Source: a virus. Taken from it: a DNA stretch of 64,000 bases. Positions 47,286-57,204 of the stretch are shown in pieces. The stretch lies in the IMG/VR virus record IMGVR_UViG_3300025326_000018, positions 14,645 through 78,644 of that record; one strand, given 5' to 3'. Below the pieces are notes generated by a model that was not told where the DNA came from, ran no database searches, and was given only the letters and a program-made list of their open reading frames with translations. The translations under genes were made by a program, and so were the position numbers. Positions within the stretch are counted from its first letter, which is position 1. Each line of letters starts with the position of its first letter.

Positions 47286-48508
47286 AAAGAATTCGAGTAC
47301 ATGCTCCCAAGGTGCGAACTGAGGGTTTGCAGCCTATCGATGTAGAGCTCATGCTGGACTCGGGGGCCTTTGGAGCGTGGACTCGCGGCCAGGAAATCAA
47401 GGTCCAGGACTACATTGCGTTCGTCAAGGAGTATGGTCAGTACTTTCATTCCGTCGTCAACCTTGATATTATTCCAGGTGATTTTGGAAGGACGAAGACA
47501 CCCAAGGACGTTGAGATCGGAGCACAACGTTCTTACGACAATCTTCAAGAAATGAAGGCGGCAGGTTTGTCGCCTATTCCTGTGTTTCACCAAGGTGAGG
47601 AATTCCATCACCTTGAGCGACTCCTAGACGACGGTGAACCTTATATTGGGGTATCGCCATCAGGTGATTCCATCTCGCAGAACTCGGGATGGTTCGATAA
47701 GGTGTTCGACTACATCACTGATTCCTCTGGCCGTCCATATGTTAAGACTCATGGGTTCGGCGTCACAGCCGTGCCCGTGCTGCACACGTATCCTTGGTAC
47801 AGCTTCGATAGTGTGACTTGGGTGATCAAGTCAGGATATGGTTGTATCTTCGTTCCTCCTGAGCTGAACGGCAAGGGCTCTGGGTTTAACTACAGCTGCA
47901 ACCCGATATCAGTTTGGGTGACAGGATCTCCTAGAAAGAACGACCGATACGAGATGGAGATGCAGGGTCCAGAGTATCAGAGGTTGGCGCGGCGCTTCAT
48001 CGAAGACGAGGTGAAGACGCAGATGCATTACCTTCGACATGATCCATATGTACGTATGGAAGCCATGGCGATCTATTATCAGAACTTGTCGCGCATGCTT
48101 CCTTACAAACCGTATCGGAAGAAAGGCACGCTGCTACCAAGCCAGAGTACTTACGACCTTCCGACGTGGAAGATGAAGAAAGCGATCTTTGCGGTAGGCC
48201 CTACTGGAAACGTGCGCCGGTCTGCAATTTTAAACAGACTCGGTATCGCCGAGAGGCTTTTGTCTTACTTCGATTTGCGTGATGCCGACCCTGCGGAGAT
48301 TATTGCTTACGCGAAGTATGGGGCAGTGAAGGCGCCGCCGGCTCGAAGGACTCTGAAGTTTAAGAACATCCATCGCGAGGAGTATTGGAATCGTCGGAAG
48401 ATCCAATTAGCTGACAGAGTGTTTCGTAGAGGTTCTACTCCTCCTTACATTGACCCCAAAGATGCCTATTGGCTAGAGCAGATAAAGGATAAACTTGATG
48501 AAGCGTGA
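47282..48508 (+). CDS. dpdA: DpdA/TGT-like 7-deazaguanine DNA transglycosylase
   Basis: MLDSGAF, NLDII, IPVFHQG, HGFGV, YSFDSVTW; adjacent to folE and queC. Confidence 0.72.
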   Translation: MKRIRVHAPKVRTEGLQPIDVELMLDSGAFGAWTRGQEIKVQDYIAFVKEYGQYFHSVVNLDIIPGDFGRTKTPKDVEIGAQRSYDNLQEMKAAGLSPIPVFHQGEEFHHLERLLDDGEPYIGVSPSGDSISQNSGWFDKVFDYITDSSGRPYVKTHGFGVTAVPVLHTYPWYSFDSVTWVIKSGYGCIFVPPELNGKGSGFNYSCNPISVWVTGSPRKNDRYEMEMQGPEYQRLARRFIEDEVKTQMHYLRHDPYVRMEAMAIYYQNLSRMLPYKPYRKKGTLLPSQSTYDLPTWKMKKAIFAVGPTGNVRRSAILNRLGIAERLLSYFDLRDADPAEIIAYAKYGAVKAPPARRTLKFKNIHREEYWNRRKIQLADRVFRRGSTPPYIDPKDAYWLEQIKDKLDEA

Positions 48509-49583
48509 GAGTCTACTAGGAGTCCTTTCTACTGTCGATCCCGCGTTGGCGGCGAACGATCTGATCCCGGTCCTGACCCACTACTGGTTTACGGGTAAGG
48601 CGGTAATGGCATACAACGATGTCGTCGCTATTGCAGCGCCGTACAAGACCGAGTTTAAAGGAGCGATCCGCGGATCACTTCTTGGCGGTGTCCTGAGCAA
48701 GCTCGCCGGCGACGATGTCTTGTTCACACAAGGGGACAACTCTATGGTTATCAAGTCGGGTCGGTCCCGGCTCGAGGTTCCTCTGTTGCCGCCTGATTCC
48801 TTCCTATTCACCTTTCCGAAGGTTGATGAGGACGACGCAATGTTGTCCCTCGATGAGGAAAGCAAGCCGGCTTTGATCCGAGCCTTTGACATTTGCCTGC
48901 AATCGCTCAGCCGGCGTGTATCTGAACCGCAGCGGCTGGGAATTACTGTTGTCCCTGAGTCGAAAAAGGCTCTTACGTTCTACAGCACTGATTCCGTAAC
49001 GTTGTCTTCCGCTCCTGTTGCGGCCGACGGACATGGTCTTGAGAAGCACGTCACCATGTCCAAGTTGTTCTGCGAAAGTGCGCTCAAGTTGATGCAGCGC
49101 AAAGACGTGAAGGAAGTGAAGCTATACCTTGACGATGAGTACGCCCTCATGCTGTTTGACAACGGCGTCAAACTGTATGGCCGACTCATCGATGATCCTA
49201 ATCCTCCGAAGTTCAAGGAGATCGTGGGGAACTATCTCCCGAAGGGCAAGGGCAACGGAATGGTCCCGGTTCCGGCCGGACTGTCGGCAGCACTAGAGCG
49301 CGCCTACCTTGTTGTGCATAAAGCGTTGGAGCCGGTAACGAAGCTTCGGGTGGCTGAGAATTCGAAAGGGAAGAGGCTCCTTCGTATTTCCTCGAAGTCC
49401 GAGACCGGTGAAGTTACGGAATCTGTCGAGATAGGCGATCATCCTGAGGTCAGCTTGAAGATTGACCTGGCACGTTTCCGCGAGTGCGATCTGACGAAGT
49501 TCGATAAGATTATTTTCGATGCCGGCTGTATCGTTCTCGCAAGCGGCCGTGATACGTATCACTTAGTCGCTGTCCAGGGCTGA
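48498..49583 (+). CDS. DNA polymerase sliding clamp (DnaN-like)
   Basis: ~360 aa; AYNDVVAI, YSTDSVTL, three-domain clamp size; directly before polymerase and clamp loader. Confidence 0.7.
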   Translation: MKRESLLGVLSTVDPALAANDLIPVLTHYWFTGKAVMAYNDVVAIAAPYKTEFKGAIRGSLLGGVLSKLAGDDVLFTQGDNSMVIKSGRSRLEVPLLPPDSFLFTFPKVDEDDAMLSLDEESKPALIRAFDICLQSLSRRVSEPQRLGITVVPESKKALTFYSTDSVTLSSAPVAADGHGLEKHVTMSKLFCESALKLMQRKDVKEVKLYLDDEYALMLFDNGVKLYGRLIDDPNPPKFKEIVGNYLPKGKGNGMVPVPAGLSAALERAYLVVHKALEPVTKLRVAENSKGKRLLRISSKSETGEVTESVEIGDHPEVSLKIDLARFRECDLTKFDKIIFDAGCIVLASGRDTYHLVAVQG

Positions 49584-49697
49584 GCGGTCGAGCTCAGCGA
49601 AAGACGGGCGTTCCTCGAGTCCGCTGCCCCTCGCTACCCGGATCGCGCTTCGCCCGTCTCTCGTCCAGATTCGCAGGATCATGAGGGTGGTGGGTAC

Positions 49698-52250
49698 ATG
49701 GGTCTTATTGGCTTCGTCGGATTAGAAACTTCACAGAAGAAATCTAAGCCTAGTGCTGCGAAGTATTCCAAGGAGATGTTGCACAAAGCGGAGTGCTCGG
49801 CATGTCCGTTGAACAGCCAAGTTGGTTTGAAGACCCCGCATATGAAGCCGACGGGCTCGGACACGCCAAAGGTGTACATCCTAGGAGAGGCTCCAGGCAA
49901 GGACGAAGATAGAACCGGAAAACACTTCATTGGCAAATCAGGTGAAGTGCTGCGCGACAGGATCCCGCCTAAGTGGAAGGACCAGATCCGTTGGAACAAT
50001 GTAGTTCGAACTCGTCCGCCAAACAACAAGACACCGACATACATCGAGATTGAGTGCTGCCGGCCCAGCATCGTCCGTGACATCGAGAAGGCCAAGCCCA
50101 AAGCAATATTTGGTTTCGGGAACATCGCCCTAACCTGGGCAACGGGACTATCTGGCATCTCCCGCTGGTGCGGTCGGTACATGCCAGTCAAGATCGGCTT
50201 GCACGTCTGTTGGTACTTCCCGATGTACCATCCTTCTTTTATTGTTCGAGGTGGTGGAGGTCGCGGAGGTGACTCTGCTTACGCCTCCGAGGAAGAGTTC
50301 GCATTCGAGATTCAACTCAAGAAAGCATTCGAGCTTGTAGAAAAGCTGCCAAAGGCTCGAGTGCATTCACGAGAAGAGGCGCTGGCAGATATTCAGATTG
50401 TCGATGGTTCCAACGGCGACGACGATGTTCTGGATATCATTCGAACTTTGAAGCGGTTCGCGAAAGAAGATATCGTCGGGCTTGACTACGAGACGAATGG
50501 CCTCCGCCCCTTCAAAGAGGGATCGAAGATCCTAACGGTTGCTTTGAGTGGGGCTAAACTCACGTACGTATTTCCAATTCGACATAAACAGGCTCCCTGG
50601 ACACCAAAACAACGCAAGCGGCTAGAAGCTGCCTTTGTTGAATTTCTCGAGACTTCGAACTGCGTAAAGGTTTCTCACAACCTTCCATTTGAGCTTGAAT
50701 GGAGTGTGGAGAAATTTGGCGGAGAGACTCTGCGGAACGGTCGGTGGGGATGTTCGCAATCGCAGGCCTACATTCTCGACGAGCGCGCGGGATCGGGTGT
50801 CCTGAGTCTCGATGGCCTATGCCAGCAGTATTTTGGCATCTCCGTAAAATCGATCAATCCGATAGATCGAGCCAATCTCGATAATGCTCCGCTGCGCGAT
50901 GTCCTGCTCTACAATGGTGTTGACTCGAAGTACCATCGGCTGTTGTACATTGTTCAATCCGCGAGGCTAGTCGCCGACGAACTCGTGGAGCAGTATCACC
51001 ACAACCTCGAAAGAGTCGCCGCTCTTGTATTGATGCAAGTCAAGGGTGTTCCTGTCAATGCTCTGAAGGCTGCGACGTTTGATAAGAAGTACACAAAACA
51101 GATCGAGGTGATTGATAAGGATATTATCGAGTACCCTTCTGTTAAGACGTTCCAGAAGCGTTTTCAACGCCCGTTTAAACCGGGGTCCAACGATGACGTC
51201 AAGAAGTTGATGGTTGATGTACTTAAGCACGTAATCACTTCAGCTGATGAAGAGGCGATCAAAGGCCTAGGTGGCGAGGCCACGCTGATCTTGAAGCGCC
51301 GGAAGATTGCGAAGCTTCACTCAACTTATGTGTCGGCAGCATTGCCCGGTTCCCCCGTCTTGTTCGGCAATCGCTTCCACCCAATTGTATCTACTACGAC
51401 TACGCGCACGTGGCGTACGTCTTCGGACTCTCCTAACTCACAGAACTGGCCGAAGTACGATGGCAAGGAGGTTCGTGAGATTGTCGAGCCCGGTGGCGAC
51501 CTTGTTGTGGTCGCGTTTGACTTCGGCGGTATCCAAGCTCGAAATGTTGCGATGGAGTCAAAAGATAAGACTCTCGTCAAGTATTTCAAAGAGCGATATG
51601 ATATTCATACGGACTGGATGGAACGGATCATTCGCAGACATCCGAAATGGGTCACTGAAGGAGCGAAGAAGTTAGCGACGGACAAGAAGCTCGCGAAGCA
51701 CTATCGGCAGCAGTCCAAGAACAAGTTGGTGTTTCCGCTATTCTTCGGAGCGGGCGCCAGAACGACTTCTTCGGGGCTCGGTATTCCTGAATCGATCGGC
51801 CACGATCTCGGTCAAGAGTTCCGCGATGAATTTCCAGGCATCGCGAAGTGGCATAAGACTTTGCGAACCTTCTATCGCAAGAACGGATATGTAACAGGAT
51901 TATCGGGGTTCCGGCGTCGCGCGCCAGTCGCCCCAACGGAGATTATCAACACCCCGATACAGTCAGATGAATCAGTGATTGTTCTCGATGCTCTGATACG
52001 CCTAGCCGACCTTGATGATGATCGATTCATTCCCGTATTCGAAATTCACGATGATTTGACATTCATCTGGCCGAAGAAAGATGTGGACCGTAATGCTGAG
52101 ACTGTGATCACCATTATGCTAGATTCGTCATATGATTGGGTCAAGATAGTCCCGATGAGCGTTGAGATGTCAGTTGGTACAAATTGGGCAAACCTAGAAC
52201 ACGTCGGAGAATACTTCTCTGACGAGTGGAATGGCCGCATCGCTGTATAG
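49698..52250 (+). CDS. polA: Family A DNA polymerase with N-terminal family-4 UDG-like domain and 3'-5' exonuclease
   Basis: CSACPL/GEAPG..HPS (UDG-like); LDYET, HNLPFE, YNGVD (exonuclease); DFGGIQAR, RQQSKNKLVF, NTPIQS, IHDD (polymerase). Confidence 0.92.
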   Translation: MGLIGFVGLETSQKKSKPSAAKYSKEMLHKAECSACPLNSQVGLKTPHMKPTGSDTPKVYILGEAPGKDEDRTGKHFIGKSGEVLRDRIPPKWKDQIRWNNVVRTRPPNNKTPTYIEIECCRPSIVRDIEKAKPKAIFGFGNIALTWATGLSGISRWCGRYMPVKIGLHVCWYFPMYHPSFIVRGGGGRGGDSAYASEEEFAFEIQLKKAFELVEKLPKARVHSREEALADIQIVDGSNGDDDVLDIIRTLKRFAKEDIVGLDYETNGLRPFKEGSKILTVALSGAKLTYVFPIRHKQAPWTPKQRKRLEAAFVEFLETSNCVKVSHNLPFELEWSVEKFGGETLRNGRWGCSQSQAYILDERAGSGVLSLDGLCQQYFGISVKSINPIDRANLDNAPLRDVLLYNGVDSKYHRLLYIVQSARLVADELVEQYHHNLERVAALVLMQVKGVPVNALKAATFDKKYTKQIEVIDKDIIEYPSVKTFQKRFQRPFKPGSNDDVKKLMVDVLKHVITSADEEAIKGLGGEATLILKRRKIAKLHSTYVSAALPGSPVLFGNRFHPIVSTTTTRTWRTSSDSPNSQNWPKYDGKEVREIVEPGGDLVVVAFDFGGIQARNVAMESKDKTLVKYFKERYDIHTDWMERIIRRHPKWVTEGAKKLATDKKLAKHYRQQSKNKLVFPLFFGAGARTTSSGLGIPESIGHDLGQEFRDEFPGIAKWHKTLRTFYRKNGYVTGLSGFRRRAPVAPTEIINTPIQSDESVIVLDALIRLADLDDDRFIPVFEIHDDLTFIWPKKDVDRNAETVITIMLDSSYDWVKIVPMSVEMSVGTNWANLEHVGEYFSDEWNGRIAV

Positions 52251-52259
52251 GAGAGGACC

Positions 52260-52571
52260 ATGTCGTTAGACGATAAGTTAGGCATGGACGAGTTTCTTAC
52301 TAAGATAGCAACGAAGAATTATCGTGTTAACAACTTCTATCAAGCTAACGAGGGTACGTGGTTTATCTCCGTTGGGTTGAACGGTAACTACTATTACGGT
52401 CGTGATAAGGATCTCGGCATCTGTCTACGCCAAGCTTGGCGGCAGGTATCGGGTGAGGGTCGAGCTTGGGTGAGTTACGAGGATTTGATTAAGAATCCTA
52501 ACAAGATGATTACGAAGAAGAAACCATTGCCTCGAGTTCGGATGAACACTCGAGTTAGGCTACGGGGATAA
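52260..52571 (+). CDS. Hypothetical protein
   Basis: AGAGG RBS; operon position. Confidence 0.55.
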   Translation: MSLDDKLGMDEFLTKIATKNYRVNNFYQANEGTWFISVGLNGNYYYGRDKDLGICLRQAWRQVSGEGRAWVSYEDLIKNPNKMITKKKPLPRVRMNTRVRLRG

Positions 52572-52572
52572 G

Positions 52573-53502
52573 ATGACACAATCATTGCCTGTTAAGTATC
52601 GCCCGGCATCCTTTGAAGAGGTTGTTGGGCACAAGGTTATTTTGAAGTCTATCGAGAGCGTAATCAAACGGAAGTCCTCCAGAACCTTCTTGTTCCACGG
52701 ACCCTCAGGAACAGGTAAGACGACTCTGGCGCGTATCATTGCCGCTGAGGTTGGTTGTCTTCCTGAATACATCCTCGAGGTTGACGCCGCGACGAATACG
52801 GGCGTAGAAAACATTCGTGATATTCAGGAGACGCTTCGCTACCTTCCGATGGGAAACAGCAAGAAAGCGATCATCCTCGATGAGGCGCACATGCTGACGA
52901 AGTCGGCGTGGAACTCACTTCTGAAGGTTACTGAGAATCCTCCTCCGCATGTGTACTGGTTCCTCTGCACAACTGAGCTCGACAAGGTTCCGGCGACGAT
53001 CAAGACGCGTTGTAGTGCGTTTGGTCTCAGCCTGCTGTCATCTGATCAGCTGAAGATCGTTGTCAAGCGGGTGATCAAAGCGGAGAAGATGAAGGTCTCT
53101 GATGACGTGCTCGAAGTCATCATTTCTGAGGCTCGCGGCTCTCCGCGCCAGGCGATCGTGAATCTCGACCTGTGTGCTGAGTCCGAGACGAAGAAGCAGG
53201 CTGCTGAGATCCTGAAGTCGGCGATCGCCTCTGACGCGACGATTGAGCTTTGCCGCTTCCTCGTAGGTTCTGGAGGATCATGGGCAAAGGCAATGGAGAT
53301 CGTCAGTCGTCTCAAGGAAGAGAATCCCGAGTCTGTTCGCATCATCATGTGCAACTACGTCGCCGCTGTTCTGAAAGGTGCGAAATCAGATAAGGATGCT
53401 GCTCGACTGCTGGCCATCCTTGAAGCGTTTGAGGGGTACTATAATCCTTCAGAGAAGATGGCTCCGCTACTCCTGTCATTAGGTCGTGTGCTGCTTCAGT
53501 AG
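52573..53502 (+). CDS. Clamp loader AAA+ ATPase (DnaX/RFC-like)
   Basis: KYRPASFEEVVG, GPSGTGKTT, IILDEAH, TIKTRC, GSPRQA. Confidence 0.9.
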   Translation: MTQSLPVKYRPASFEEVVGHKVILKSIESVIKRKSSRTFLFHGPSGTGKTTLARIIAAEVGCLPEYILEVDAATNTGVENIRDIQETLRYLPMGNSKKAIILDEAHMLTKSAWNSLLKVTENPPPHVYWFLCTTELDKVPATIKTRCSAFGLSLLSSDQLKIVVKRVIKAEKMKVSDDVLEVIISEARGSPRQAIVNLDLCAESETKKQAAEILKSAIASDATIELCRFLVGSGGSWAKAMEIVSRLKEENPESVRIIMCNYVAAVLKGAKSDKDAARLLAILEAFEGYYNPSEKMAPLLLSLGRVLLQ

Positions 53503-53541
53503 TTTCTCCGCAGTGATATGTAATATGTGAGAGGTAGCGCC

Positions 53542-54096
53542 ATGGCAAGACGGCCGAAGGTATCTGAGTTGGGTTTCGAGTTTCGGATGCCGATTGTGAG
53601 TACGGAGCACGTTGAATTTATTGAGGAGCACGAGGACGGTCTTCAGATCGATGAGCACGGTTTGGAGGAGGCTCTTCAGCTTCAGGTTACTTCTTATTAT
53701 GCTGTGTCGAAGCAACTCAGTCTCGAGGTATCGAGACGCGATGCTGCTAAGCAGTATTTGAAATCGGTCGAGGCTCGTGTCGATTCTAAGATACGGCGTA
53801 AGGCGAAGGACGATGGTGAGAAGATCACTGAACCAGGAGTTGAGGCTCGCAGGATTTCTGATGAAGAAGTTCTTGCAGCCACTCATATTCTTATGGATGC
53901 GGAAGCGCGAGTGAGAGATATCACCGCGCTGAAGGACGCCTACACACAACGCTCGTATGTGTTGAAGGACATGGTGTCGTTATGGATCTCCAACTACTAT
54001 GGAGGTTCGGAAGATGAGCGGGCCAACAGGACCGTTCGGAATAGTAAGGCGGAGACCACAAAGCAAGCGACTAGAGAACGTCTTCGTCGTCAATAG
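53542..54096 (+). CDS. Coiled-coil recombination-mediator (UvsY-like) protein
   Basis: Helical coiled coil; directly upstream of SSB and RecA; KITEPGVEA..LKDAYTQRSYVLKDM. Confidence 0.5.
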   Translation: MARRPKVSELGFEFRMPIVSTEHVEFIEEHEDGLQIDEHGLEEALQLQVTSYYAVSKQLSLEVSRRDAAKQYLKSVEARVDSKIRRKAKDDGEKITEPGVEARRISDEEVLAATHILMDAEARVRDITALKDAYTQRSYVLKDMVSLWISNYYGGSEDERANRTVRNSKAETTKQATRERLRRQ

Positions 54097-54119
54097 CGTT
54101 AACTGTAAGGAGAAGTAGC

Positions 54120-55373
54120 ATGGCCGTGAAAGACAAGAAGAAGAAAAAGAAGGGCAGTGGTTTTGCGTACAAGGCCACAAGTCCCGAACGCCTGAAGCGC
54201 CAGGCTGAGCAGACTGGGAGTCGTTTCGACGGCATCCTGAAAAACGGCGTTGAGCTGTTCAAGTTTAAGCCTGGCGACAACACCTTCCGCATCCTCCCGC
54301 CGACTTGGGACAACGCGGAATACTACGGCCTGGAAGTTTTCGTGCATCCTTTCGTTGGCGCCAACAACGGCACGTACCTGTGCCTGGCGCATATGAAGAA
54401 GCAGAAGTGCCCGATCTGCGACGCCGCCAAGGATGCTCGCGATGTCGGCGACAAGGAGGAGGCTGCTGAACTTTCGGCAAAGCAGCGTTACCTTTTCTGG
54501 GTCCTCGATCGTGACGATGAGGGCACCGGTCCGAAGATCGCCGATCTCAGTTGGTCGATGGATCAAGCGGTCGCAGCCTTGTGTACGCACAAGCGGTCGG
54601 GGAAGGTAATTGCCATCGATCATCCCGATGATGGTCGCGACGTTACAATCCAGAAGCGCGGGCAGGGAATCAACACGAAATATTTCGGACATAGGATTGA
54701 CAGCGATCCCAGCCCGATCTCCGACGATGAGGATCAGCAGGATTCGATCCTCGAGGAGATTCGTGAGAACCCCCTCCCTGACATTCTGCACTACTATACG
54801 GCGGATTACCTCAAGGGTGTGATCTCTGGCACGGTCTCGGAAGACGACGAGAACGAGGAGGAGGAAGACGACGAGCCGAAGAAGAAAAAGAAGGGCGGCA
54901 AGGTAAAGGACGAGCCCAAGAAGAAAAAGAAGTCCCGTGACGAGGACGAAGACGAAGACGAGGATCCTGACGAGGAAGACGACGAGCCGAAGAAGAAAAA
55001 GAAGTCGTCCAAGCGGCGTGATGATGACGATGAAGACGAGGATCCCTTCGAGGATGAGGATCCCGATGAGGATGATGACGAGGACGAGAAACCCAAGAAG
55101 AAGTCATCTTCCAAGAAGGACGACAAAAAGAAGAAGCGTCGCGATGACGACGATGACGACGACGAGAATGAAGAAGATGAGGATGAGCAGCCTAAGAAGA
55201 AGGCTGGCAAAGCTTCCTCTAAAAAGTCTTCTCGCGATGACGACGATGACGACGATGATGATGAGGATAACGAGGAAGAAGAGGAAGACGAGCGTCCTAA
55301 GAAGAAATCCTCTTCTAAGGAGAGTTCAAGCTCTGGAGGAAAGTCGGCACGCGCGAAGAGATTCGGGCGTTAG
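54120..55373 (+). CDS. Single-stranded DNA-binding protein (gp32-like) with long charge-block tail
   Basis: FRILPP..VFVH..CPIC (Zn), GRDVTI..G..TKY; D/E and K block C-terminus; precedes recA. Confidence 0.75.
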   Translation: MAVKDKKKKKKGSGFAYKATSPERLKRQAEQTGSRFDGILKNGVELFKFKPGDNTFRILPPTWDNAEYYGLEVFVHPFVGANNGTYLCLAHMKKQKCPICDAAKDARDVGDKEEAAELSAKQRYLFWVLDRDDEGTGPKIADLSWSMDQAVAALCTHKRSGKVIAIDHPDDGRDVTIQKRGQGINTKYFGHRIDSDPSPISDDEDQQDSILEEIRENPLPDILHYYTADYLKGVISGTVSEDDENEEEEDDEPKKKKKGGKVKDEPKKKKKSRDEDEDEDEDPDEEDDEPKKKKKSSKRRDDDDEDEDPFEDEDPDEDDDEDEKPKKKSSSKKDDKKKKRRDDDDDDDENEEDEDEQPKKKAGKASSKKSSRDDDDDDDDDEDNEEEEEDERPKKKSSSKESSSSGGKSARAKRFGR

Positions 55374-55442
55374 GATGTGATCTAAGCAGTCTCGGGGGGA
55401 TTCGTTCTCCTCGGGACTTTTTGCACACAGGAGTGGGTATGA

Positions 55443-56456
55443 ATGGTAAAACGCGAACGCTTATTGAAGGAGCGGGTGGAGGGAGCTGGTTCGTATTTTT
55501 CAGCTCCCAAAACTGATCTATCCTTCATACCAACAGGATCCAAGCTGTTGGACTTGGCTCTAGGTGGCGGATGGGTAGAAAACCGTATCGCCAACATCGT
55601 GGGAGATAAGGCTACTGGGAAGAGTTTACTTTGTATTGAGGCTTGCGCTAATTTTGTCGCGAAGCACGACCGAGGGCAAATCAAGTATCGTGAATGCGAA
55701 GCTGCATTCGATCCCGGGTATGCCGAGGCGTTGGGAATGCCTCTGGATCGTGTCGATTTCGGAGCCTCGTTCGATACAGTAGAAGATCTGTTCGTGGACC
55801 TTACTGCTGTAGTTGATAAAGCCAAGGTACCGACGCTGTATATTGTGGACTCGCTGGACTCGCTTTCGGACAAAGCAGAGATGGACCGGGGTCTCGATGA
55901 AGGATCGTACGGGACTGGCAAAGCGAAGATGATGTCGCAGATCTTTCGCAGGCTTGTTCGGAAGATGCAGGACTCCAAGGTGACGCTCATTATCGTGTCG
56001 CAGGTTCGTGACAACATCGGAGTTACCTTCGGCAGGAAGACGACCCGGTCCGGCGGTCGCGCACTTGATTTCTACTCCAGCCAGACGATATTCCTTGCGC
56101 AGCGGGGGACAATCAAGAAGACGATAAAAGGTGTTGAGCGTCCGATCGGAATTGCGTTGCGGGTTAAGGTTGATAAGAACAAAGTCAGCCTGCCTTATCG
56201 AGAAGCTGACTTCGAAGTCTCGTTCGGGTACGGCATTGACGATGTACCATCGTGCGTAGAATGGTTGAAGGCTGTGAAGGCCCTCGACCTTATTGGCGTT
56301 GAGAAGGAGGGAATCAAAGGATACCTGAAGTCGCTCGACCAGATGGGCGATCGTGAGTATCGTGCAGAAGTTAAGAAGCTGCATACGGTAGTCACCGACC
56401 GCTGGTACGACATCGAGAGTTCGTTCATGCCAACGAGGAAAAAATACAAGAGGTAA
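55443..56456 (+). CDS. recA: RecA/UvsX recombinase
   Basis: IPTGSKLLDLALGGG, GDKATGKS, IVDSL, SQVR, GGRALDFYSS, KVDKNKV. Confidence 0.93.
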   Translation: MVKRERLLKERVEGAGSYFSAPKTDLSFIPTGSKLLDLALGGGWVENRIANIVGDKATGKSLLCIEACANFVAKHDRGQIKYRECEAAFDPGYAEALGMPLDRVDFGASFDTVEDLFVDLTAVVDKAKVPTLYIVDSLDSLSDKAEMDRGLDEGSYGTGKAKMMSQIFRRLVRKMQDSKVTLIIVSQVRDNIGVTFGRKTTRSGGRALDFYSSQTIFLAQRGTIKKTIKGVERPIGIALRVKVDKNKVSLPYREADFEVSFGYGIDDVPSCVEWLKAVKALDLIGVEKEGIKGYLKSLDQMGDREYRAEVKKLHTVVTDRWYDIESSFMPTRKKYKR

Positions 56457-56468
56457 TCTACAGATAAG

Positions 56469-56720
56469 ATGCGCAAGCGTAAGAAAGCTCAGACAGGCGA
56501 TCAACCTGATTTCATACTGAAGATGAAATCGAGAGATCGCAAGAAAAAAGGTGCTGTCAGGATCGGCGCAGGCTGGCTGAACAGCGCAGGTGGAATCGGG
56601 ATTAAATTCAACATGGGTGTTGTGCTTAGTTACCGAGATAACGAAGATTACATCTTTACTCTGTGGCCGGAAGAGGAAGAGTTCTCAGAGGATGAAGATG
56701 ATGAGGAGATTGGATTCTAA
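56469..56720 (+). CDS. Small hypothetical protein
   Basis: RIGAGWLNS..IKF; acidic tail ending IGF. Confidence 0.55.
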   Translation: MRKRKKAQTGDQPDFILKMKSRDRKKKGAVRIGAGWLNSAGGIGIKFNMGVVLSYRDNEDYIFTLWPEEEEFSEDEDDEEIGF

Positions 56721-57193
56721 TGGTCACCTTCACAGATCCACTTCGACCCCCGGTAGGCGCCACTCTTGAAACCCTTCGACTTAACGCGACCTGGGCGGTT
56801 GTCAAGAAACGTGATGAAGATCCTGAGCATACAGGGTATCCTCGTCTATCATTCATCAGTACCGCAGCCGCGGAAAAAGTAGGAATCAAGTTCTCAGAGA
56901 GTTCCTACAAGATGGCGTGGGACGTTGAGAGGCATGGGCTCTGGCTTCGCATTATGCCTACGAAGAAGCTCGCGCTTGGATCTGCTGCGAAGTTTGCTCT
57001 CGAGAAGAAACAGACCCGATGCAACTTCAACAAAATGACAGGATTGTTCAAACACATGGGAACAGAGATGCACTACGTCGACGTTGAGATCTGGACGTTT
57101 ACGAAGGCCAGGAAGACGATCTTCTGGCTCTTTGCTCCGATGAAGCATGCGGAGAGTGTCGGGCAGTTCAAAGGAACACGGCTCACGGAGTAA
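56720..57193 (+). CDS. Hypothetical protein
   Basis: TAATG overlap with the upstream gene. Confidence 0.5.
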   Translation: MVTFTDPLRPPVGATLETLRLNATWAVVKKRDEDPEHTGYPRLSFISTAAAEKVGIKFSESSYKMAWDVERHGLWLRIMPTKKLALGSAAKFALEKKQTRCNFNKMTGLFKHMGTEMHYVDVEIWTFTKARKTIFWLFAPMKHAESVGQFKGTRLTE

Positions 57194-57204
57194 CCCCTAT
57201 CGCT

